A stretch of 37,934 nt of DNA from Blastococcus sp. GTDB lineage: Bacteria; Actinomycetota; Actinomycetes; Mycobacteriales; Geodermatophilaceae. The translations under genes were made by a program, and so were the position numbers. Below the pieces are notes generated by a model that had not been told where the DNA came from, did no database searches, and worked only from the letters and a program-made list of their open reading frames with translations. The stretch is taken from positions 1 through 37,934 of the forward strand of contig DASQTE010000222.1 in the NCBI GenBank assembly GCA_035642035.1, given 5' to 3'. Below are positions 25,248 through 34,543 of the stretch, in pieces; the stretch's first letter is position 1; every line of letters begins with the position of its first letter.

Positions 25248-25269
25248 CGTGACCCCCTCTGGAGGAAGC

Positions 25270-26442
25270 ATGACCACGACGCTCCCCGCCGCGACGCCCG
25301 CCCCGGCGGCGGCGGTCCTCGACCGGATCGAGTCGGTGACGCTGTCCTCGGTCACCCTCCCGCTGCCCAACCCGATCAGCGACGCCAAGGTCTTCACCGG
25401 CCGCCAGCGGCCGATGACCGAGGTCGCGTTCCTCTTCGCCGAGATCCGCACCGAGGGCGGCTTCGAGGGCGTCGGCTTCAGCTACTCCAAGCGGGCGGGC
25501 GGCCCGGCTCAGTTCGCCCACGCCCGCGAGATCGCCCCCGACCTGATCGGCGAGGACCCCAGCGACATCGCGCGGCTGTGGACCAAGCTCGTCTGGGCGG
25601 GCGCCTCGGTGGGCCGCAGCGGGGCCTCGACGCAGGCCATCGCGGCCATCGACGTGGCGCTGTGGGACCTCAAGGCCAAGCGGGCCGGCCTCCCGCTGGC
25701 CAAGCTGCTCGGGGCGCACCGCGACTCCGTGCGCTGCTACAACACCTCCGGCGGATTCCTGCACGAATCGGTCGAGCAGGTCAAGGACAACGCCACCCGG
25801 ACGCTGGAGAGCGGCGTCGGCGGGATCAAGATCAAGGTGGGGCTGCCGGACTCCGCCGAGGACCTGCGCCGGGTGCGCGCCGTGCGCGAGCACCTCGGTG
25901 ACGCGGTGCCGTTCATGGTCGACGCCAACCAGCAGTGGGACCGGTCGACGGCCATGCGGGTCGGCCGGCGGCTGGAGGAGTTCGACCTGGTCTGGATCGA
26001 GGAGCCGCTCGACGCCTACGACGCCGAGGGGCACGCCCAGCTCGCCCGGTCGCTGGACACGGCGATCGCGACGGGCGAGATGCTCACCAGCGTCGCCGAG
26101 CACTACGAGCTCATCCGCCAGGGGGCGGTCGACATCCTGCAGCCCGACGCCCCCCGCGTCGGCGGCATCACCCAGTTCCTCAAGCTGGCGACCCTGGCCG
26201 AGCACCGCAACCTCGGGCTGGCGCCGCACTTCGCGATGGAGATCCACGTCCACCTCGCCGCGGCCTACCCGATCGAGCCATGGGTCGAGCACTTCGACTG
26301 GCTGCACCCCCTCTTCAACGAGCGGCTCGAGACCCGCGACGGCCGGATGCACCTCTCCGACCGTCCGGGCCTCGGTGTCACGCTGACCGAGCAGGCGCGC
26401 GCCTGGACCGTGGACCGCGTCCACGTCGACGCCGCCCGCTGA
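25270..26442 (+). CDS. L-talarate/galactarate dehydratase-like (mandelate racemase subgroup)
   Basis: ATG 25270 with GGAGG RBS; ISDAKVFTGRQ, GFSYSKRAGG, YNTSGGFL, KIKVG, MVDANQQW, WIEEP, IATGEML, QPDAPRVGGI, APHFAME, VEHFDWL. Confidence 0.86.
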   Translation: MTTTLPAATPAPAAAVLDRIESVTLSSVTLPLPNPISDAKVFTGRQRPMTEVAFLFAEIRTEGGFEGVGFSYSKRAGGPAQFAHAREIAPDLIGEDPSDIARLWTKLVWAGASVGRSGASTQAIAAIDVALWDLKAKRAGLPLAKLLGAHRDSVRCYNTSGGFLHESVEQVKDNATRTLESGVGGIKIKVGLPDSAEDLRRVRAVREHLGDAVPFMVDANQQWDRSTAMRVGRRLEEFDLVWIEEPLDAYDAEGHAQLARSLDTAIATGEMLTSVAEHYELIRQGAVDILQPDAPRVGGITQFLKLATLAEHRNLGLAPHFAMEIHVHLAAAYPIEPWVEHFDWLHPLFNERLETRDGRMHLSDRPGLGVTLTEQARAWTVDRVHVDAAR

Positions 26443-26467
26443 CCCGCCGAACACCCCGGAGGAACCC

Positions 26468-27982
26468 ATGGACGTCGTCAGCATCGACCCCCGGACCGGC
26501 GAGCCCGCCGAGGTCGTCGCGCAGGAGACCACCAGCGCGGAGGTCGACCGGCTCGTCGCCGCGGCCCTCGCCGCGGCACCGGCGCTCGAGGCGATGGGCC
26601 GCGCCGGCCGGGCCGGGCTGCTCCGCGCTCTGGCCGACGCCCTCGAGGCCCGCCGGGACGACGTCGTCGCCGTCGCCGACCGGGAGACCGGGCTCGGCAC
26701 GACGCGGCTGAACGGCGAGCTGACCCGGACCCAGTACCAGCTCCGGCTGTTCGCGGAGGTCTTGGAGGAGGGCAGCTACCTCGAGGCGACGATCGACCAC
26801 GCCGGTCCGACCCCGATGGGCCCGCGTCCCGACCTGCGCCGCATGCTCGTGCCGATCGGCCCGGTCGCGGTCTTCGGTGCCAGCAACTTCCCGCTCGCCT
26901 TCTCCGTGCCCGGCGGCGACACGGCCTCGGCCCTGGCCGCGGGCTCGCCGGTGGTCGTCAAGGCGCACGGCTCGCACCCGGCCACCTCCCAGCTGGTCTT
27001 CGACGTCATGGTCGAGGCGGCCCGCGCGGCGGGCGCCCCGGACGGCACGCTCGGCCTCGTGCACGGCGTGCAGGCCGGCGCCGACCTGGTGGCCCACCCG
27101 GCGATCCGCGCCGTGGGCTTCACCGGCTCCGTCAACGGCGGCAAGGCACTGCTGGCCATCATCGAGCAGCGACCGGACCCGATCCCGTTCTACGGCGAGC
27201 TCTCCAGCCTCAACCCCGTGGTCGTCACGATGCGCGCCGCGGCCGAGCGGGGCGCCCGGATCGGCGGCGAGCTCGTCGGGTCCTTCACCCTCGGGGCCGG
27301 GCAGTTCTGCACCAAGCCCGGACTGGCCTTCGTCCCGGCCGGACCGGAGGGCGACGCCGTCGTCGACGCGATGGCCGAGGCAGTCCGCGGCGCCGCGCCG
27401 CAGACCCTGCTCAACGAGGGCATCGCCGGCTCGTTCGGGCGGATCTCGTCGAACCTGGCCGGCCTGCCGGGTGTCGAGACCGTGGCGCAGGGCAGCGACC
27501 CCGCCGGCCCCGGTTTCCAGGCCACGCCGCTGCTGCTCACGACGTCGGCGGCCGAGCTGCCCGCCGAGGTGACCGAGGAGTGCTTCGGCCCGGTCGCCGT
27601 GGTGGCCCGCTACGACGACGAGAAGACGCTCTTCTCGGCGCTGGGCCTGATGCCGTCGTCGCTGACCGCGACGGTCCTGCGCGGCGAGGGCGAGACCGAC
27701 CTGCCGCTCGCGGTCTCGCAGGAGCTCCGCACCCGCGCCGGGCGCCTGGTCTACGACGCCTACCCCACGGGTGTCGCCGTCTCCTGGGCCCAGCACCACG
27801 GCGGCCCGTGGCCGTCGACGAACTCCCAGCACACGTCGGTGGGCACCACCGCCATCCGCCGCTTCCTCCGCCCGGTCACCTGGCAGGGCGCCCCGCAGGA
27901 GGTGCTGCCGGAGGAGCTGACCGACGGCTACCAGGGCATCCCGCGCCGGATCGACGGGACGCTGCAGCTGGCCCGTGGCTGA
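26468..27982 (+). CDS. NAD(P)+ aldehyde dehydrogenase, alpha-ketoglutaric semialdehyde (2,5-dioxopentanoate) dehydrogenase type
   Basis: VFGASNFPLAFSVPGGDTASALAAG, GFTGS, YGELSSLNP, GQFCTKPG, EECFGP, HHGGPWP, SVGTTAIRRFLRPV; pathway context. Confidence 0.9.
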   Translation: MDVVSIDPRTGEPAEVVAQETTSAEVDRLVAAALAAAPALEAMGRAGRAGLLRALADALEARRDDVVAVADRETGLGTTRLNGELTRTQYQLRLFAEVLEEGSYLEATIDHAGPTPMGPRPDLRRMLVPIGPVAVFGASNFPLAFSVPGGDTASALAAGSPVVVKAHGSHPATSQLVFDVMVEAARAAGAPDGTLGLVHGVQAGADLVAHPAIRAVGFTGSVNGGKALLAIIEQRPDPIPFYGELSSLNPVVVTMRAAAERGARIGGELVGSFTLGAGQFCTKPGLAFVPAGPEGDAVVDAMAEAVRGAAPQTLLNEGIAGSFGRISSNLAGLPGVETVAQGSDPAGPGFQATPLLLTTSAAELPAEVTEECFGPVAVVARYDDEKTLFSALGLMPSSLTATVLRGEGETDLPLAVSQELRTRAGRLVYDAYPTGVAVSWAQHHGGPWPSTNSQHTSVGTTAIRRFLRPVTWQGAPQEVLPEELTDGYQGIPRRIDGTLQLARG

Positions 27983-28838
27983 GCGGGTCGCCCTGGTCAG
28001 CTCCGAACGCGGGCTCCGGGTCGATCCCGACCTGCCGATCGCCTCGGCCGCGCTGGCCGGCGCCGGTCTCGGCGTCGACCTCGTGCGCTGGGACGACGCG
28101 ACGGTCGACTGGTCCGCCTACGACCTCGCCGTCGTCCGCTCCTGCTGGGACTACGCATGGCGGCTCGAGGAGTTCCTGGGCTGGGCGGGGTCGGTGCCGC
28201 GGCTGCGCAACCCGGTCGAGGTGCTGCGCTGGAACACCGACAAGACCTACCTGCGCGACCTCGAGCGGGCGGGGCTGCCCGTGGTGCCGACGGTCTGGGA
28301 CCCGACCGACGCCGGGGAGCTGCCGGACGCGGGGGAGTGGGTGGTCAAGCCCTCGGTCTCCGCGGGGTCGCGCGACACCGCGCGCTGGGCGGACGCCGGA
28401 GACGCCCTCGCCCACGCCACCCAGCTGACGGCGGCTGGCCGCACGGCGATGCTCCAGCCCTACCTGGCCAGCGTCGACGAGGCGGGGGAGACCGCCATGC
28501 TGTTCATCGGCGGCCGGTTCTCCCACGCCGTCCGCAAGGGCCCGCTGCTCGGGCGGGGCGAGGGCGTCCGCCAGGACCGGGACAGCCGCGGCGACCTGAG
28601 GCCGACGTCCGCGACGGCGGCGCAGCAGGAGCTCGCCCAGCAGGTCCTCGACGCGGTCCCGGGCCTGGTGGGCGGCGGGCCGGCGCCGCTCTACGCCCGG
28701 ATCGACCTCGTGGACGACGCGGCCGGCCGGCCGGTGGTGCTGGAGCTGGAACTCACCGAGCCCAGCCTCTTCCTGCCCCAGGCGCCCGGCGGCGCCGCCA
28801 CGCTGGTGCGCGCGGTGGAGGCGGAACTGTCCCGGTGA
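27975..28838 (+). CDS. RimK-like ATP-grasp ligase of unknown substrate
   Basis: VVRSCWDY, WNTDKTYL, VVKPSVSAGS, MLQPYL, SHAVRK, YARIDL, LELELTEPSLFL. Confidence 0.82.
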   Translation: MAERVALVSSERGLRVDPDLPIASAALAGAGLGVDLVRWDDATVDWSAYDLAVVRSCWDYAWRLEEFLGWAGSVPRLRNPVEVLRWNTDKTYLRDLERAGLPVVPTVWDPTDAGELPDAGEWVVKPSVSAGSRDTARWADAGDALAHATQLTAAGRTAMLQPYLASVDEAGETAMLFIGGRFSHAVRKGPLLGRGEGVRQDRDSRGDLRPTSATAAQQELAQQVLDAVPGLVGGGPAPLYARIDLVDDAAGRPVVLELELTEPSLFLPQAPGGAATLVRAVEAELSR

Positions 28839-29761
28839 GCGGTGTGCTGGGCGGGTTCGCCGCCCTGGCCGCGGTGATCGCCGTCGGCTGGATCGTCGGG
28901 CGCAGCGGGATCCTGGGCCACCAGGCGCCGGGCATCCTCTCGCGGCTGTCCTTCTTCGTGGCCACCCCGGCGCTGCTCTTCCTCACGCTGGGCGGTGCCG
29001 ACACCCACGCCGTCCTGTCCTTCGCGCTCGTCGGGACGGCGGGCAGCGCGGTGCTCGTCGCCCTGCTGTACGCGGGCCTGGCCCGGTGGCGGTGGCGGCT
29101 GCCGCCGGCCGAGCTGGCGACCGGGGCGCTGTCCTCCTCCTACGTCAACGCCGGCAACCTCGGCATCCCGGTGTCGGTGTACATCCTCGGCGACGCCTCC
29201 TACGTCGCACCGGTGCTGCTCTTCCAGGTCCTCGTGATGGCGCCGGTCGGGCTGGCGGTGCTCGCCGGCTCGCGGGCGGACGGGCCCGCGAGCAGCCGGC
29301 GGTCGCTGCTGCTCCAGCCGCTGCGCACCCCGGTCGTCATCGGCTGCGCGCTGGGCCTGCTCCTGGCCGCCAGCGGCTGGGACCCGCCGGCGCTGCTGCT
29401 CGAACCGGTCGAGCTGATCGCGGCGCTGGCGGTGCCGGCCGCGCTGCTGGCCTACGGGATGTCCCTGCACGGTGCCCCGCGTCCGGCCGCCGGCGCGCTC
29501 GCCGGGCAGGTCTGGCTCGCGGTCGCCCTGAAGAACGTCGCGATGCCGGGGATCGCCTACGCGCTCGGCCGCTGGGGAGCGGGCCTGGACGGCGTCGCGC
29601 TCCTGGCGGTGACGGTCACCTCCGCCCTGCCCACGGCGCAGAACGTGTTCGTGTACGCCGCGTCCTACGACCGCGGCACCCTGCTGGCCCGCGACGTGAT
29701 CCTGCTCAGCACGCTTGCGTCCGTGCCGGTCCTCGTCGGCATCGCGGTGGTGCTCGGATGA
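28835..29761 (+). CDS. AEC (auxin efflux carrier / malate permease) family transporter
   Basis: GTG 28835 (GTGA overlap); FFVATPALLF, YVNAGNLGIP, LKNVAMP, ALPTAQNVFVYA; 308 aa. Confidence 0.88.
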   Translation: MSGVLGGFAALAAVIAVGWIVGRSGILGHQAPGILSRLSFFVATPALLFLTLGGADTHAVLSFALVGTAGSAVLVALLYAGLARWRWRLPPAELATGALSSSYVNAGNLGIPVSVYILGDASYVAPVLLFQVLVMAPVGLAVLAGSRADGPASSRRSLLLQPLRTPVVIGCALGLLLAASGWDPPALLLEPVELIAALAVPAALLAYGMSLHGAPRPAAGALAGQVWLAVALKNVAMPGIAYALGRWGAGLDGVALLAVTVTSALPTAQNVFVYAASYDRGTLLARDVILLSTLASVPVLVGIAVVLG

Positions 29762-31281
29762 GGGGCGGGACCAAGGCCGAGGACTTCGACGCCGTCCTCG
29801 TCGGCGGCGGGGTCATGAGCGCCACGCTGGCGGTGCTGCTGAGCGAGGTCGAGCCCGGCTGGCGGATCGCCGTCGTCGAGCGCCTGGGCGGGGCCGGGCT
29901 GGAGAGCTCGAGCGCCTGGAACAACGCCGGCACCGGCCACGCGGGGCTCTGCGAGTTCAACTACACGCCCCGGCGTCCCGACGGCTCGGTCGACGTCTCG
30001 CAGGCCGTGCGGATCGGCGAGCAGTTCTCCGCCTCGCTGCTGTTCTGGGCGCACCTCACCGCGGACGGCGTCCTCGGCGCACCCGGGGACTTCGTCCGCC
30101 CCGTCCCGCACCTCGGGTTCGGCCGCGGGCCTGAGGGCGTGGCGCACCTGCGGGCCCGCTTCGAGGCGCTGCGCGGGCACCCGCTGTTCGCCGGCACGGA
30201 GTTCAGCGACGACCCGGCCGTCCTCCGCGACTGGCTGCCGCTGATGTTCGGGGACCGGCCGGAGGGCGAGGCCGTCGCCGTCACCCGGTCGGGGCGCGGT
30301 ACGGACGTCGACTTCGGCGTCCTCACCCGCCGGCTGCTCGCGGCGGTCGAGGGGCGCGGCGGCACCGTGCGGCTGCGGCACGACGTCACCTCGCTGCACC
30401 GGGGCGACGGCGGCTGGCACCTCGACGTGCGCGACCGGGACACCGGGGCGCGGCGCCGCATGCGGGCGCCGTTCGTCTTCGTCGGCGCGGGCGGCGGCAC
30501 GCTGCCGCTGCTGCAGCGGGCCGGCGTCCCGGAGGTGCGCCGGTACGGCGCCTTCCCCATCAGCGGGCAGTTCCTGCGGACCGCGCGGCCAGACCTCGTG
30601 GCCGCGCACCGGGCCAAGGTCTACGGCCACGCGGACCCGGGAGCGCCGTCGGTCTCCGTGCCGCACCTCGACCACCGGACGGTCGACGGGCGCGAGTACC
30701 TGATGTTCGGACCGTTCGCCGCGTTCTCGCCGCGCTTCCTCCGCACGGGACGCCGCAGCGACCTGGTGCGGTCGGTCCGGGCGGGCAACCTGCCGGTCCT
30801 CGCCGCGTCGGCGCGGGACAACCGGTCGCTCATGGCCTACCTCGTCCGGCAGGTCGCCCAGACGTCGCGGGGGCGGACGGCCGCGCTGCGCACGTTCCTG
30901 CCGGCGGCCCGGTCCGAGGACTGGGAGCTGGTCACGGCCGGGCAGCGGGTGCAGGTGCTGAAGATGTCCGGAGGCCCCGGCCGGCGCCGCGGCGCGATGG
31001 TGGGCTTCGGCACGGAGATCGTCACCTCGGCGGGCGGATCGCTCGCGGCCCTCCTCGGCGCCTCGCCGGGTGCGTCGACCGCGGCCGCGACGATGGTGGA
31101 CGTGCTCGCGGCGAGCTTCCCGGGACGGATGCCCGGGTGGGCGCCCCGGCTGCGGGAGATCGCGCCGTCGGCCGCCACCGGAGGTCGCCCCGACCTCGAC
31201 GACCTGACCGCCCGCACGCACGAGGCGCGCCGCGTCCTGGGGCTCGACCAGGACGGCGCGCCCGGGAAGGACACCGCATGA
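29758..31281 (+). CDS. mqo: Malate:quinone oxidoreductase
   Basis: ATG 29758 (ATGA overlap); LVGGGVMSATL, ESSSAWNNAGTGH..LCE.NYTP, GTDVDFG, FVFVGAGG, SVPHLD.R, AGQRVQ, ALLGASPGAST; 507 aa. Confidence 0.9.
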   Translation: MRGGTKAEDFDAVLVGGGVMSATLAVLLSEVEPGWRIAVVERLGGAGLESSSAWNNAGTGHAGLCEFNYTPRRPDGSVDVSQAVRIGEQFSASLLFWAHLTADGVLGAPGDFVRPVPHLGFGRGPEGVAHLRARFEALRGHPLFAGTEFSDDPAVLRDWLPLMFGDRPEGEAVAVTRSGRGTDVDFGVLTRRLLAAVEGRGGTVRLRHDVTSLHRGDGGWHLDVRDRDTGARRRMRAPFVFVGAGGGTLPLLQRAGVPEVRRYGAFPISGQFLRTARPDLVAAHRAKVYGHADPGAPSVSVPHLDHRTVDGREYLMFGPFAAFSPRFLRTGRRSDLVRSVRAGNLPVLAASARDNRSLMAYLVRQVAQTSRGRTAALRTFLPAARSEDWELVTAGQRVQVLKMSGGPGRRRGAMVGFGTEIVTSAGGSLAALLGASPGASTAAATMVDVLAASFPGRMPGWAPRLREIAPSAATGGRPDLDDLTARTHEARRVLGLDQDGAPGKDTA

Positions 31282-32756
31282 CGCCCGCCGAGCTCACGGC
31301 CCGCCTCCGCGACGTGGTCGGGGAGGCCGGCCTGGTGACCGATCCCGACCAGCTGGCCGGGTACCTGACCGACTGGCGCGCCGCCTACCGCGGGAGGGCG
31401 GCGGTCGTCGTCCGGCCCTCGACGACGCAGGAGGTCGCGGCCGTCGTGGCGCTCTGCCGGGACGCCGGCGTCGCGCTCGTGCCCCAGGGCGGCAACACGG
31501 GGCTGTGCGGTGGCGCCGTCCCCGACTCCTCCGGCCGGCAGGTCGTGCTCTCGCTGACGCGCCTGCGCCGCATCCGGGAGGTGGACCCGGAGAACCAGAC
31601 GATCACCGTGGAGGCGGGGGTGGTGCTGCAGCAGGTCCAGGAGGCCGCGGCGGCCGTCGACCGGCTGTTCCCCCTCTCCCTCGGCGCCGAGGGCAGCTGC
31701 ACGATCGGGGGCAACCTGTCGACCAACGCCGGCGGCACCGGGGTGCTCCGCTACGGCACCATGCGCGACCTGACGCTCGGGCTGGAGGTCGTGCTGCCCG
31801 ACGGCCGCGTCTGGGACGGCCTGCGGGGGCTTCGGAAGGACAACACCGGCTACGACCTCAAGCACCTGTTCATCGGGGCGGAGGGCACGCTGGGCGTCGT
31901 CACCGCGGCGGTGCTCAAGCTGTCCCCGGCGCTGCGGAGCCGGGCGACGGCGTGGGTCGCGCTGCCCTCGCCCGCCGCCGCCGTCGACCTCATCGGGATC
32001 TGCCGCACGCTGGGCGGCGACCGGGTGACCGCGTTCGAGATCATGTCGCGGCGGAGCGTCGAGTTCGTCCTCCGTCACGCCGCCGGCGTCCGCGACCCCT
32101 TCGCCACCCCCCATCCGTGGTACGCCCTGGTGGAGTTCGGCGACACCCTGCCCGAGGCCGGCCTCGGCGGATTGCTCGAAGCGGGGCTGACCGAGGCGTT
32201 CGACCGGGGTCTCGCCCTCGACGCGGTCGTGGCGTCGGGCTCGGCGCAGGTCGCCGGCCTGTGGGCGCTGCGCGAGGGGATCCCCGAGGCGCAGAACCAC
32301 GAGGGCCCCAGCCTCAAGCACGACGTCACGGTGCCGGTGAGCAGCATCGCGGCCTTCGTCGAGCGGACCGACCGGGCGCTGCAGGAGGCCGTCCCGGGCA
32401 TCCGCATCGTCGTCTACGGGCACATCGGGGACGGGAACCTGCACTACAACCTGAGCGGGCCCGCCGGCGGCGACGACGACGAGTTCCGTGCGCGTGCCGA
32501 CGAGCTCGCGCGGATCGTCTACGACTCGACCAGCTCCTTCGACGGCAGCATCAGCGCGGAGCACGGGCTGGGCCAGTCCAAGCGGGACGTGATGGCCGAC
32601 TACAAGGACCCGGTGGCGCTGCAGCTCATGCGGGGTCTCAAGGACCTGCTCGATCCCGCGGGGCTGATGAACCCGGGCAAGGTGCTGCCGGATCGACCTC
32701 CGGTCGGGCACGCCGGTGGATCGCGGACCGGGGCGGTGGTGGGATCGCCGCCATGA
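31278..32756 (+). CDS. FAD-linked oxidase, D-2-hydroxyglutarate/D-lactate dehydrogenase-like
   Basis: ATG 31278 (ATGA overlap); VPQGGNTGLCGG, IGGNLSTNAGG, LRKDNTGYDLKHLFIGAEGTLG, KHDVTVP, GHIGDGNLHYN, GSISAEHGLG, MNPGKVL. Confidence 0.9.
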   Translation: MTPAELTARLRDVVGEAGLVTDPDQLAGYLTDWRAAYRGRAAVVVRPSTTQEVAAVVALCRDAGVALVPQGGNTGLCGGAVPDSSGRQVVLSLTRLRRIREVDPENQTITVEAGVVLQQVQEAAAAVDRLFPLSLGAEGSCTIGGNLSTNAGGTGVLRYGTMRDLTLGLEVVLPDGRVWDGLRGLRKDNTGYDLKHLFIGAEGTLGVVTAAVLKLSPALRSRATAWVALPSPAAAVDLIGICRTLGGDRVTAFEIMSRRSVEFVLRHAAGVRDPFATPHPWYALVEFGDTLPEAGLGGLLEAGLTEAFDRGLALDAVVASGSAQVAGLWALREGIPEAQNHEGPSLKHDVTVPVSSIAAFVERTDRALQEAVPGIRIVVYGHIGDGNLHYNLSGPAGGDDDEFRARADELARIVYDSTSSFDGSISAEHGLGQSKRDVMADYKDPVALQLMRGLKDLLDPAGLMNPGKVLPDRPPVGHAGGSRTGAVVGSPP

Positions 32757-33646
32757 CGGATGCCCCCGACGGACGCCGGGCCGTCCGGCTGTTGATCGCC
32801 CCCTACGACTCCGGCCACGCCGACACCCGCATGGGTGCGGGGCCGACCGCTCTCGACCGGGCCGGCGCGGTGGACCGCCTGCGGGCGCGGGGGCACGTGG
32901 TGCGCGCCCAGGTCCTCGCCCCGTCCCCGGGCTGGCAGGCGGAGCTCGCCACCGCCTTCGAGCTGGACCGGCTGGTCGCGGACGCCGTCGCCCGGAGCCG
33001 GGCGTCGGAGGAGGTGCCGGTCCTCCTCGCGGGCAACTGCAACACGACGCTCGGCGTCCTCGCCGGGCTGTCGGGCCCCGGTCGTCGGATCGGCCTGCTG
33101 TGGCTGGACGCCCACGGTGACTTCAACACCCCCGACGAGGACACCTCCGGCTTCCTCGACGGGCAGGGCCTCGCCATCGTGGTGGGCCGGTGCTGGCGTG
33201 CCCTGGCGGCGCGCGTGCCCGGCTTCACGCCGCTGCCGGAACGGGACGTCGTCCTCGTCGGGGCACGCGACCTCAGCAGCGCGCAGGTGGACGTCCTCGA
33301 GCGCTCGGACCTCACCTGGCTGCGCCCCGAGCAGGCGCGGCGGCCGGCCGACGTGGCGGCGGCGCTGGACGACCTGGCCGGCCGGGTGGACGCGGTGCAC
33401 TTCCACGTCGACCTCGACGTCCACGACCCGTCGATCGCGCCGGCGAACGGCTACGCCGCACCCGACGGGCTCTCGGCCGCCGACGTCGTGCGCGTTCTCG
33501 ACCTGGCGGCGGCGCGCGTGCCGGTCGTGTCGGCGACGCTGGCCTCCTACGACCCCGCCCACGACGTCGAGGGCCGGATGCGGGAGACGGCCCTCGCGCT
33601 GCTGGAGGCCGTGGCCGACCGGGCCACGCCGCTGTCGACCGTGTGA
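32753..33646 (+). CDS. Arginase/ureohydrolase family protein with an atypical active site
   Basis: ATG 32753 (ATGA overlap); GAGP, WLDAHGDFNTP, LVGARD, HVDLDVHDP, GLS; 297 aa. Confidence 0.88.
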   Translation: MTDAPDGRRAVRLLIAPYDSGHADTRMGAGPTALDRAGAVDRLRARGHVVRAQVLAPSPGWQAELATAFELDRLVADAVARSRASEEVPVLLAGNCNTTLGVLAGLSGPGRRIGLLWLDAHGDFNTPDEDTSGFLDGQGLAIVVGRCWRALAARVPGFTPLPERDVVLVGARDLSSAQVDVLERSDLTWLRPEQARRPADVAAALDDLAGRVDAVHFHVDLDVHDPSIAPANGYAAPDGLSAADVVRVLDLAAARVPVVSATLASYDPAHDVEGRMRETALALLEAVADRATPLSTV

Positions 33647-33665
33647 CCGACGACCGTGTGACCGA
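33636..33665. repeat. Perfect 15-bp tandem duplication (cgaccgtgtgaccga x2) spanning the arginase-family stop codon
   Basis: 33636-33650 and 33651-33665 are identical. Confidence 0.85.
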
Positions 33666-33698
33666 CGGCCGGGTCGCCGGCCGGCCGTCCCGGCGGGT

Positions 33699-34409
33699 TC
33701 AGACCGCGACGTCGGACGGCGCGGTGCTGCTGGGGGCGAGCGTCACGCGCGGGGCCGTGAGCATGGCCTTCAGCGAGCCGAGCAGCCCCAGCACGGGGAC
33801 GGCGGCGGCGCACCACGTCCCGGGACCGAAGCCCTCGACCCGCCAGCCGACGTCGGACGCCACGAACAGGACCGCCGCGGTGGCGGCCAGCGAGACGACG
33901 AGCGCCACCAGGCCGACCACCCGGTGCGCACGGGCCGGGATCAGGAGCAGGAAGCCGAGCAGCACCAGGAGGCCCCCGCACAGGACGACGACGAGCGCCT
34001 CCCAGACGTCGCTGCGGACGGACGCCGCGACGCCGGAGTCGAGGGCCTCGGCGCCGCGCTGCACCAGGGACAGGCCGGTGGGTCCCTCGCCGGGCGACCA
34101 GGACAGGGACAGGCTGACGTTGGCCGCGACACCGGCGAGCACGAGCGCACCGGCGCCGAACGCCTCGGGCCGGCGGACGACGGTCAGCGCCGGGCGGGAC
34201 GGCGAGTCGGCGGGTGCGGCTCCGCTCCCGGGGGCGTCCGGCGGACCGACGTCGGCCGGGATGTCGGCCGGGGCGGTCTCGTCGACGATCTCCGCCGGGA
34301 AGCCGAGGATGGTCGGCTCCTCGACGGGGTCCCGGGGCTCCGGGCGTGCCGCGCGCCTGTCTGCGGCTCGGTTGCCGGAGCGGTGGGGCAGCTTCAGGCG
34401 CTCTGTCAT
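33699..34409 (-). CDS. Hypothetical membrane protein (disordered N-terminus, about 4 TM segments)
   Basis: ATG 34409 with GGAGGA RBS; hydrophobic segments in the C-terminal two-thirds. Confidence 0.7.
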   Translation of the reverse strand: MTERLKLPHRSGNRAADRRAARPEPRDPVEEPTILGFPAEIVDETAPADIPADVGPPDAPGSGAAPADSPSRPALTVVRRPEAFGAGALVLAGVAANVSLSLSWSPGEGPTGLSLVQRGAEALDSGVAASVRSDVWEALVVVLCGGLLVLLGFLLLIPARAHRVVGLVALVVSLAATAAVLFVASDVGWRVEGFGPGTWCAAAVPVLGLLGSLKAMLTAPRVTLAPSSTAPSDVAV

Positions 34410-34543
34410 CGGGTCCTCCGACGCCAGCGGCACGGGGAGGCGCCGCTACCGCTGAGGGTAGAGCCGCAGCGACCGCCTGGGCGAGGCAGACGGCACGGCT
34501 CCGGACGCATTCCTCGGCGCGTCGCCGGGCTCCGGCGTGTCGC

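Noticed and set aside
27975-28838. ATP-grasp ligase as a DdaF-like partner of the Dap cluster
   Set aside because: About 14 kb away and embedded in a different, LysR-linked transcription unit.
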